Origin: an uncultured virus (IMG/VR IMGVR_UViG_3300027127_000005)
Taxonomy: Duplodnaviria; Heunggongvirae; Uroviricota; Caudoviricetes
Length of the DNA stretch: 20,000 bases
IMG/VR virus record: IMGVR_UViG_3300027127_000005
Location: 51,416-71,415 of that record
Direction: 5' to 3' (one strand)
A program made the position numbers and the translations under genes. How positions within the stretch are numbered: position 1 is the first letter of the stretch; the number at the start of each line of letters is the position of its first letter. Positions 1-5,960 of this stretch are shown here, one piece after another. The notes under the pieces are model-generated. The model was given only the letters and a program-made list of their open reading frames with translations. It had not been told where the DNA came from and ran no database searches.

Positions 1-43
1 AAGTTTAGCAAACTTCTACCTTAAGCCTCTCGGTCACCTTTCT
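1..43 (-). tRNA. trnS: tRNA-Ser(GCT), 5' half only (cut by window edge)
   Basis: Minus strand reads AGAAAGG TG ACCG AGAGGCTTA AGGT A GAAGT TT GCT AA ACTT: acceptor 5' strand, D arm and anticodon arm with GCT. Confidence 0.85.
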
Positions 44-94
44 ATGTTGTCTTGAAGCAACCCATAAGGGTTTTATGTTGCCCGAAGGCAACAA

Positions 95-166
95 TTGGAA
101 TAGTGAGATTTGAACTCACGACTTCTGCGTTATCAGCACAGCACTCTACCACTGAGTTATATTCCA
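95..166 (-). tRNA. trnI: tRNA-Ile(GAT)
   Basis: Acceptor TGGAATA/TATTCCA, anticodon arm CTGTG-CT GAT AA-CGCAG, T arm GTGAG-TTCAAAT-CTCAC. No encoded CCA. Confidence 0.95.
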
Positions 167-171
167 TTATG

Positions 172-326
172 TGCCCTTGGTGGGGAATGATCCCACTCTC
201 AATAGACTTGAGGTTTCGTACAAGAAGTACCCTTACGAGGGGAATCTTATCAGTGTGGGTTCAGCACACCTATCTAAAACTACTTTGTCAAGTTGAACCC
301 TATTTCACCGTCCCAACGGCAAGGGC
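172..326 (-). ncRNA. tRNA-like structured RNA of unknown class, 155 nt
   Basis: 7-bp acceptor-like stem GCCCTTG/CAAGGGC plus A, T-arm-like GTGGG-ATCATTC-CCCAC, short D-like hairpin CCGT-TGGG-ACGG, and a ~100-nt internal domain with pseudoknot potential. Sits flush between tRNA-Phe and tRNA-Ile. Confidence 0.75.
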
Positions 327-329
327 AAG

Positions 330-403
330 CGGGAACAGTCGGATTTGAACCGACAACACCAAGATCTTCAATCCTGTGCTCTACCAATTGGAGCTATGTT
401 CCC
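330..403 (-). tRNA. trnF: tRNA-Phe(GAA)
   Basis: Acceptor GGGAACA/TGTTCCC, anticodon arm CAGGA-TT GAA GA-TCTTG, T arm GTCGG-TTCAAAT-CCGAC. Confidence 0.95.
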
Positions 404-431
404 AGTTGTTTTAAAATCCCAATAAAGGGAA

Positions 432-507
432 CACCGTAGAGGGGAGTCGAACCCCCAAAAATTCACCTTGAAAGGGTGATGACTTTAACCAGTTTGTCTA
501 CTACGGC
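432..507 (-). tRNA. trnE: tRNA-Glu(TTC)
   Basis: Acceptor GCCGTAG/CTACGGT, anticodon arm TCACC-CT TTC AA-GGTGA, T loop TTCGACT. Confidence 0.95.
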
Positions 508-572
508 ACACAGAGTAATCTAAAAGATTGTTAGATTACCTGGAATATGAAGTATCCCTAAAGATACTTCAA

Positions 573-646
573 CGACGATGAGGAGATTTGAACTCCCGAC
601 TTCTTCCGTGACAGGGAAGCACTCTAGACCGCTGAGTTACACCGTC
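573..646 (-). tRNA. trnD: tRNA-Asp(GTC)
   Basis: Acceptor GACGGTG/CATCGTC, anticodon arm CTTCC-CT GTC AC-GGAAG, T loop TTCAAAT. Confidence 0.95.
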
Positions 647-650
647 AAGG

Positions 651-732
651 TGGGAGAGACAAGATTTGAACTTGTGAAGGCAGAGCCGACGATTTTACAG
701 ACCGTTCCCATTAACCACTCGGGCACTCTCCC
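651..732 (-). tRNA. trnY: tRNA-Tyr(GTA)
   Basis: Acceptor GGGAGAG/CTCTCCC, anticodon arm ACGGT-CT GTA AA-ATCGT, variable arm GGC-TCT-GCC, T arm ACAAG-TTCAAAT-CTTGT. Confidence 0.95.
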
Positions 733-754
733 ATTAGATAAGTTTAATGACTTT

Positions 755-1348
755 CTAGGTCAAATGAGAATAAAGATTATTCAAATAATCTTTTTTGTCT
801 TCATCCGAAAGTTTTTGATAATGTGCCCATCTAACTCTAATAGTTTCAATACCTAATGATTTTAGATATTCATCTCTATAAAAGTTAGACTTAACTATCC
901 TTTCATCCACATAATGCTGTTCTCCATCTATTTCAAGAGCAATATCTCCGATACGGAAATCAATACTATAAATTGATACTGGTTGCTCCGAAATAAAAGA
1001 AACTCCTTTATCTAATAACCACTTTTCAAAATAACTTTCTGGGTAAGATTGTCCTTTCGAATAATGATTAAGTTTATAAGGAACTTTATCTGGATTTTCT
1101 TTCAGATAGTTTTTTCTAGCAATAGAGATTTTTTTCTTTGTTTCCTCAGTTAGTGGGTGGCTTGGCGCAAGTTTGCGTGCCTGACTCTTATTTCTGGAAA
1201 CAAAATCACCTCGTTGTTTTGCTTTGCATAGTGTAGCAGATGTGACTCCATATTTATTTTGGAGTTTCTCCCAAGTCATACCATCATTATGGTCCTTTTG
1301 AATAAGAGACCAATCATAACGTTTATGATATTTTGATTTGTTTTCCAT
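755..1348 (-). CDS. Free-standing putative homing endonuclease (HTH + NUMOD3-like + DUF559/Vsr-like nuclease domain)
   Basis: N-terminal HTH-like segment, NUMOD3-like HPLTEETKKKISIARK, and C-terminal IDF..IALEIDGEQHY..RDEYL..LGIETIRV typical of DUF559/Vsr-like nucleases. Inserted between tRNA-Lys and tRNA-Tyr. Confidence 0.8.
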   Translation of the reverse strand: MENKSKYHKRYDWSLIQKDHNDGMTWEKLQNKYGVTSATLCKAKQRGDFVSRNKSQARKLAPSHPLTEETKKKISIARKNYLKENPDKVPYKLNHYSKGQSYPESYFEKWLLDKGVSFISEQPVSIYSIDFRIGDIALEIDGEQHYVDERIVKSNFYRDEYLKSLGIETIRVRWAHYQKLSDEDKKDYLNNLYSHLT

Positions 1349-1352
1349 TATT

Positions 1353-1398
1353 TTGGTTAAGTATCTAACTTATTTATACAAGTATAATACTTAACCAA
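1353..1398 (-). promoter_or_regulatory. T4-type late promoter (TATAAATA, 1371-1378) inside a 12-bp inverted repeat
   Basis: TTGGTTAAGTAT...TATAAATA...ATACTTAACCAA, ending 4 nt before the ATG at 1348. Confidence 0.75.
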
Positions 1399-1470
1399 TG
1401 AGTTCGGTGGGACTCGAACCCACAACCTTCGCCTTAAAAGGGCGTTATTCTACCATTGAATTACGAACTC
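1399..1470 (-). tRNA. trnK: tRNA-Lys(TTT)
   Basis: Acceptor GAGTTCG/CGAACTC, anticodon arm ACGCC-CT TTT AA-GGCGA, T arm GTGGG-TTCGAGT-CCCAC. Confidence 0.95.
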
Positions 1471-1534
1471 AATAATATGGTAAATATTCAGTTTTCAAGT
1501 TTCTTTGAGGACTGCTTCCCCCACCGACTCAAGT

Positions 1535-1592
1535 AATATACCAGAGTTTGGACCCTGGTGGCAAATCATACGACCAGTTGAACAACTGGCAC
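1535..1592 (-). promoter_or_regulatory. Putative early promoter of the tRNA operon with upstream palindrome (copy 1 of 6)
   Basis: GTGCCAGTTGTTCAACTGGTCG, then TTGCCA-N18-TATATT with extended -10 TG. Confidence 0.65.
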
Positions 1593-1599
1593 AAGGCAT

Positions 1600-1634
1600 A
1601 AAAAAGAGGGAGAACCTTTTGGATTCTCCCTCTT
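1600..1634 (-). terminator. Rho-independent terminator
   Basis: AAGAGGGAGAATC-CAAAA-GGTTCTCCCTC followed by TTTTTT on the minus strand. Confidence 0.85.
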
Positions 1635-1657
1635 CATTGCTTTTATGGTTTGTTCTT

Positions 1658-1756
1658 TTAACTTTGACTTACCATATTCGCAACCAAGAGGGTCTCTCCA
1701 ATAAACCAGCGGTTCATCGGATAATCACTCTTAGGTTGTGTATGAAGGTTAGTCAT
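1658..1756 (-). CDS. Small ORF, 32 aa (not in ORF track)
   Basis: MTNLHTQPKSDYPMNRWFIGETLLVANMVSQS*, lying between a TATAAATA late promoter (1775-1782) and the terminator. Confidence 0.4.
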   Translation of the reverse strand: MTNLHTQPKSDYPMNRWFIGETLLVANMVSQS

Positions 1757-1785
1757 TGTTTTAAGTCGTTGTTTTATTTATAAGG

Positions 1786-1983
1786 TCAAGAAGCAACTTT
1801 TTCTGCTTTTTTAGCATTCTTTACTTCGGAGATTTCTGCTCTACGAGTCTTTGCAAGTTTTGCAATTTCTTGCAGAGCTTTCCTTGCTCTAGTTCCAGCA
1901 GAACTATTTCCAGTTTCAAACTTCTCATCTTCTTGTTTCCAAGTTTCAAAAACAGAAGCAATTTGATTTACAGTATCAGACAT
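1786..1983 (-). CDS. Histone H1-like (Hc1-family-like) small basic protein
   Basis: KFETGNSSAGTRARKALQEIAKLAKTRRAEI resembles the Hc1 conserved motif. Preceded by late (2010-2017) and sigma70-type (2024-2052) promoters. Confidence 0.75.
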   Translation of the reverse strand: MSDTVNQIASVFETWKQEDEKFETGNSSAGTRARKALQEIAKLAKTRRAEISEVKNAKKAEKVAS

Positions 1984-2009
1984 AATTGTTATAAAAATAA
2001 AATAATTAT

Positions 2010-2052
2010 TATTTATATATGTAATTTTAAACTATTAGTTTAAAATTGTCAA
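2010..2052 (-). promoter_or_regulatory. Tandem sigma70-type and T4 late promoters
   Basis: TTGACA-N17-TAAAAT (2052-2024) followed by TATAAATA (2017-2010). Confidence 0.7.
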
Positions 2053-2075
2053 ATTATCATCCTTGAATATAAGAA

Positions 2076-2921
2076 TCAACGATGGGTTCTCTTCCAATTC
2101 AATTCCACATTGTCTGGTTCATAAAGACTACCTTGCTCATATCCCTTTTTGATATGGTGCTTAACCTTCTTACCACCAACTCTAGACATATTTCTAAGTT
2201 GCTTAGCTGTTGGGTCAGATTTAACATTAAGACCAATTCCACTTTCGGGGTCATTAATCTCATTTCCTAATCTAAATGCCTTACGTCTTGCTTGTTTAGA
2301 CATTCTAGAAACAGGAAGGTCTTTCCTTTCTTCATACATATCGTATTCTTCACAAATACTTTCTCTCCACTCTTCACTCATATTCACCATAATTGCTTCT
2401 GCTGCTTCATAAGTATCAGCATATCCTTCATCAAGGAGGTGAGAAAGAACTAAATCATAAAGGTCAAAACTTTCTTCACTTACACCTCTTGCTATTTGTC
2501 TAGCAAGTTTCTTACCTTTTGGTTTTCCACCAGGACCTGATGGTTCACCTGCTTCTTCTGGATTATAGTCATATGAGTCAGTTTCATCAGCAGCTCTATA
2601 CATATTTCTATCACTTTGAGTCATAAATCTACGTTTACGACCTTGGTCAGATGATGTTGGTCTAGGATCAGTTCTTCTAGCATGACTTGCTGCCACATCA
2701 CCACCTTTAGTTCTCTTATCCTTGTTACGTTCCCTAGCAAGAGCACTAAAAGAAAGATGTGCCTTTGGAGTTAATCCATACGAACCTTCTGCTTCATCAA
2801 TATCTTGAAGATAAGGAGAAGCATAAGGCCAACGATTCATTACATTGTGCTCCTCAGAAGAAGCTTCTGTAAGAATTTGATGCGAAAGATAAGAAATGTT
2901 CTGAAGGTCCTTATAGTTCAT
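2076..2921 (-). CDS. Late hypothetical protein with the repeated 'SHLLDEGYAD...MSEEWRESI' module; possible internal virion protein
   Basis: 281-aa ORF with TATAAATA at 2947-2954. Module shared with ORFs 5785-5943 and 6447-7136. Confidence 0.8.
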   Translation of the reverse strand: MNYKDLQNISYLSHQILTEASSEEHNVMNRWPYASPYLQDIDEAEGSYGLTPKAHLSFSALARERNKDKRTKGGDVAASHARRTDPRPTSSDQGRKRRFMTQSDRNMYRAADETDSYDYNPEEAGEPSGPGGKPKGKKLARQIARGVSEESFDLYDLVLSHLLDEGYADTYEAAEAIMVNMSEEWRESICEEYDMYEERKDLPVSRMSKQARRKAFRLGNEINDPESGIGLNVKSDPTAKQLRNMSRVGGKKVKHHIKKGYEQGSLYEPDNVELNWKRTHR

Positions 2922-2949
2922 TGGTTTTTTATAGTTTTATATAATTTAT

Positions 2950-3789
2950 TTATAAAACTGAATCCAGAACATAGTTTGTAACTAACAATTCTGTTTTAAC
3001 GTTGTCCTGAGTTCCTTTTTCCCCACGATGAACCATTGAATATCGGAGTTTCCATTCATTCAAATTGTACTCTTTATAACGATTCAGCAACCAATCATTT
3101 AGATTATATGTAATCATAAAACGATGAGGGCACTTATCTACATCATCAGCAAATCTTTCGTGTGAGAATGATGAATGAAGTTTCCTTCCAGTTCCATAAA
3201 GGAAATCCTTGATATCATAAGGTGGGTCAAGAAATACAAATACTTCCTCACCAGGGTCATTCATTACCTCGGCATAATCAATATTAGTAATCTTCCAATT
3301 CTTGATAATATAAGAATACTTTGGAAGTTTATCAATTCCAACCAAAGAGAAGTTGGAACGTGATGCTTGAACTGAGAAAGTAGAATTCTCAGTCAAACCA
3401 GAATAAGAACACTTATTCAGAATAAAGAAAGCAACTGCTTGTTCTAATGGTTCAAGAGTTTCAATGTCACTCTGATACCGATCGAACAAGTCTTTATGTG
3501 CTTCATCATCTCCATTCACTTCTTCTTTGATTGCTCTTAATTTGTCTTTAAGAACTTGTCCATTATCACGGAGTTGAATCCAAAAGTTATAAAGATAAAA
3601 ATACTTATCATTTACCCAAATAGGAACTTTTGGATAGTTCTGCGAAACCATTAAAGAAATGCTTCCACCACCCAAGAATGGTTCTCTAAACTCCTTGAAA
3701 TCACTAGGAAACCAAGGAGCAAGAGTTTTAAGTGCTTTACTCTTTCCTCCGGGATAACGGAGCATTGTCTTTAATGGAAATTGTTTCAT
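2950..3789 (-). CDS. dam: DNA adenine methyltransferase (Dam/D12 class)
   Basis: RYPGGKS, motif I EPFLGGGS, catalytic LDPPY and C-terminal ELLVTNY. Confidence 0.92.
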   Translation of the reverse strand: MKQFPLKTMLRYPGGKSKALKTLAPWFPSDFKEFREPFLGGGSISLMVSQNYPKVPIWVNDKYFYLYNFWIQLRDNGQVLKDKLRAIKEEVNGDDEAHKDLFDRYQSDIETLEPLEQAVAFFILNKCSYSGLTENSTFSVQASRSNFSLVGIDKLPKYSYIIKNWKITNIDYAEVMNDPGEEVFVFLDPPYDIKDFLYGTGRKLHSSFSHERFADDVDKCPHRFMITYNLNDWLLNRYKEYNLNEWKLRYSMVHRGEKGTQDNVKTELLVTNYVLDSVL

Positions 3790-3794
3790 TTAGT

Positions 3795-4379
3795 CTATTG
3801 TGCTTGTTCCCAAATGTATTTTAGCAGAGTTTTGCTCTCAGGTACAACATTAACTTCTTCTACATCATTTATGCCATCATAAATCATTGTAATATCTTCC
3901 TGAGAAACTGAGAAAGTAATTCTCGATTTACCTTCAGTAAAGTTTTTAGAAAACAGAAGTTTTGCGTCAAGAACGGCAAGTCGGTGAGTCCAAGGATCAA
4001 TCAAAACAAACCATTCGGACCTAGTTTTGAACTCAGAAACTCCCGACTGAGTTTTTTTGAAATCCCAAGTTTTTGATTTGATCAACCAAGATTTCTTTTC
4101 TTGGGGTTCCAAACCAAATTTTTTCGTTTTTGCATCCCAAAGATGTTTTGTGCGATAAAGACCATCTGGGTCATTTTTTTCTTTCTTTTCTGATGCTTTA
4201 ATATCAATATATTTTGAGAAGGTTTCAATGAATCCAAATTCAATTGATTCACCCCTAGCAAAACAATCAATCCCTTCATTTAGGGGATACATCGCAGCAA
4301 CTTTATTTGCTTGAATGAAGAATTTTTTATATTCCTCAGAGGGAATAGTTTTCAAATCGGAAATAAACTGTTCAATCAT
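3795..4379 (-). CDS. Hypothetical protein, putative PD-(D/E)xK nuclease
   Basis: Start re-called to ATG 4379 because the ORF-track start lies inside tRNA-Leu exon 2. Contains RGESIE...NDPDG...WDAKTK. Stops 5 nt before the methylase start. Confidence 0.65.
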   Translation of the reverse strand: MIEQFISDLKTIPSEEYKKFFIQANKVAAMYPLNEGIDCFARGESIEFGFIETFSKYIDIKASEKKEKNDPDGLYRTKHLWDAKTKKFGLEPQEKKSWLIKSKTWDFKKTQSGVSEFKTRSEWFVLIDPWTHRLAVLDAKLLFSKNFTEGKSRITFSVSQEDITMIYDGINDVEEVNVVPESKTLLKYIWEQAQ

Positions 4380-4423
4380 AATACTAATAACTGAAATAAT
4401 GTGTGTTTGCCCTTTCGGGCAAG

Positions 4424-4766
4424 TGCGAGTAGGGAGACTTGAACTCCCACGGGCAATGCCCAACAGATTTTCTTACCACTATAGTTTTCACTACCCTTTC
4501 GGTTTGTGGTCTGGACTATACCTTCACCATACCTTTCAGTTTAGGTGTTCCCCGTCTAGTCTCTACACGTTTTGCATTTTCTAGATAATTCCAACCCTCT
4601 CTAGAAGCACATTGGGTAGCCGTTGTCTTTCCAACTGTCTTGCAACTTCGCTCGGTATTGCCATTTTACAGGTTTCACCGAATTTGAGGAATTACACTCA
4701 TAAGGTTTCCCAAATGAGGCTCAATTTTCATAAGTCTGGTGTGTCTACCGATTCCACCATACTCGC
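4424..4766 (-). tRNA. trnL: tRNA-Leu(TAA) split by a group I intron (exon 1 4766-4732, exon 2 4471-4424)
   Basis: Exon 1 GCGAGTATGGTGGAATCGGTAGACACACCAGACTT and exon 2 AAAATCTGTTGGGCATTGCCCGTGGGAGTTCAAGTCTCCCTACTCGCA join into a cloverleaf with anticodon T^AA and a Leu-type variable arm. Confidence 0.93.
4472..4731 (-). ncRNA. Group I intron, 260 nt, cyanobacterial/plastid trnL(UAA) type, no ORF
   Basis: Follows exon U and ends in G. P1 CUU/GAG with U.G pair, P2 CTCATTTGG-GAAA-CCTTATGAG, P AAATTCGGTGAA, Q AATACCGAGC, R GTGTAGAGACTAGA, S AAGGTATAGTCC (P7 GACTA/TAGTC). Confidence 0.92.
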
Positions 4767-4778
4767 TTGTATGAGACC

Positions 4779-4807
4779 ATTATAACTCAAAGAATCATAA
4801 TAGTCAA
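4779..4807 (-). promoter_or_regulatory. Sigma70-type promoter for tRNA-Leu
   Basis: TTGACT-N17-TATAAT ending 12 nt before the tRNA 5' end. Confidence 0.8.
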
Positions 4808-4808
4808 G

Positions 4809-4881
4809 TGCTCGTTACTGGGATCGAACCAGTCTATCAGGTCTTATGAGGACCGCGCTTTCGCCAGAGAGCTAAACGAGC
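4809..4881 (-). tRNA. tRNA with CAT anticodon (elongator Met or Ile2)
   Basis: Acceptor GCTCGTT/AACGAGC, GGTC-CT CAT AA-GACC, T arm ACTGG-TTCGATC-CCAGT. The 1:72 pair is closed and there is no 3GC anticodon stem, so not an initiator. Confidence 0.88.
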
Positions 4882-5291
4882 GTTTGTAGAAACTCTCCCC
4901 AACTATTACCATAATGAATTATATGATGACAGTTGTGGCAAAGAAGATCGCATTTATCTACTTCTTCTTTAATAGTATCCCATTTTCTATTAGCAAAAGA
5001 TCTCCCATCAAGTTTTAATTCTTTTTGGGAAGGATCTCTGTGGTGAAAGCATAGTGTTGCAGGTCTATCTTCACCACAAGTTTGGCACTTACCACCTTTA
5101 TATTGAAGTGCTTTCCATTTATTGGAATATGCACGTTCTTTTTGTTCGGTATAAGTATTTCTATTCACAACACAAGGATCATTTCTATACCTCCACCTTT
5201 GACGACAGGTTTCATTGCAATAAAGTTTTGCTCTTCCACCCTTTCTTTGGTGTTGTGGAACTTCTTTTCCACACGATTTACAGTTAATCAT
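4872..5291 (-). CDS. Free-standing HNH endonuclease with N-terminal Zn-finger-like motif
   Basis: CKSC...CNETC, then CQTC...FHHRDP...CDLLCHNCHHIIH. Start re-called downstream of late promoter TATAAATA (5318-5325); ATG 5312 is an alternative. Confidence 0.85.
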   Translation of the reverse strand: MINCKSCGKEVPQHQRKGGRAKLYCNETCRQRWRYRNDPCVVNRNTYTEQKERAYSNKWKALQYKGGKCQTCGEDRPATLCFHHRDPSQKELKLDGRSFANRKWDTIKEEVDKCDLLCHNCHHIIHYGNSWGEFLQTLV

Positions 5292-5362
5292 TTGTGTTAT
5301 GAAGATATACATACACCTATTTATAATAGATGCATTCGCTATTCGCAAATAACGAATAGCAA

Positions 5363-5450
5363 TACGAGTGCCTGGATTCGAACCAGGTCAAAGCCGCTAA
5401 TCTGGCGGAAAGAGTTTATAAGACTCCTCTGACTACCAAGTCTCACTCGC
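5363..5450 (-). tRNA. Atypical tRNA with TAT anticodon (Ile), 88 nt
   Basis: Acceptor GCGAGTG/CACTCGT, D arm GACT-TGGT-AGTC, extended anticodon stem GAGGAGT-CT TAT AA-ACTCTTT, variable arm CCGC-CAGATTA-GCGG, T arm CCTGG-TTCGAAT-CCAGG. Confidence 0.85.
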
Positions 5451-5463
5451 TTGAACCAGATCA

Positions 5464-5492
5464 ATTATAGAGGATCTGGAACTCTTTGTCAA
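5464..5492 (-). promoter_or_regulatory. Consensus sigma70 promoter for the TAT tRNA
   Basis: TTGACA-N17-TATAAT, a perfect consensus. Confidence 0.88.
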
Positions 5493-5707
5493 ACAGAAAT
5501 CAAAGTCCCATCTTTACGAAATTGAGAAATAAGTTTCCCAACACTATCAGCAACTTTAACCTGTTCTTTCACCAAAGTCAAGTCATTGCACTTGAAGACA
5601 TAAACTTGCTCTGGTTTGTAGGTGTAAGCAATACCTACCTGATTTTCAGCATAATCAAACTGAATCTTTGCGATAGCAGAAGAATCAGTGAACTCAAGAA
5701 CTTCCAT
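5489..5707 (-). CDS. KTSC-domain-like small protein
   Basis: SSAIAKIQFD...YVFK...ADSVGKLI matches the KTSC pattern (SS.I..I.Y...Y.Y...A.S.G). Confidence 0.7.
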   Translation of the reverse strand: MEVLEFTDSSAIAKIQFDYAENQVGIAYTYKPEQVYVFKCNDLTLVKEQVKVADSVGKLISQFRKDGTLISV

Positions 5708-5731
5708 CGGTTTTCCCTTGATTACCTAGTA

Positions 5732-5787
5732 ATCATACCACGGATGCTGCTGCGTGGCAAGGGGAGTGGACGGTTCGGAAAGTGTCA
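5732..5787 (-). promoter_or_regulatory. Putative early promoter with upstream palindrome (copy 2)
   Basis: TGACACTTTCCGAACCGTCC, then TTGCCA-N17-TATGAT with extended -10 TG. Confidence 0.7.
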
Positions 5788-5943
5788 GTCCTTAATAATT
5801 GTAGTGAACCAAGTCTCACTCATACCCTCAATGATTTTATTTGCAGATTCATTGTCATCTGCATAACCCTCCGAGATGAGATGCTCTATAAGTTGTGAAT
5901 GAATCTTATAGGTTTCCTGCAATTCTCTTGGTGTTGGTTTCAT
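5785..5943 (-). CDS. 52-aa stand-alone copy of the 'HL.EGYAD...MSE.W' module (not in ORF track)
   Basis: MKPTPRELQETYKIHSQLIEHLISEGYADDNESANKIIEGMSETWFTTIIKD*. Confidence 0.8.
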   Translation of the reverse strand: MKPTPRELQETYKIHSQLIEHLISEGYADDNESANKIIEGMSETWFTTIIKD

Positions 5944-5960
5944 CTGACTACTTTTTTCTT

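Noticed and set aside
172..326. Reading the tRNA-like element as tmRNA or an intron-containing tRNA
   Set aside because: No G3:U70 alanine identity, no tag-like ORF, much shorter than tmRNA, no group I core motifs and no recoverable 7-nt anticodon loop.
52..856. Plus-strand ORFs 52-348 and 578-856
   Set aside because: They are antisense translations of tRNA genes.
4380..4463. N-terminal extension of ORF 3795-4463
   Set aside because: Overlaps tRNA-Leu exon 2 and its trailer hairpin; ATG 4379 is the plausible start.
4472..4731. Intron-encoded homing endonuclease
   Set aside because: The intron is only 260 nt and has no room for such an ORF.
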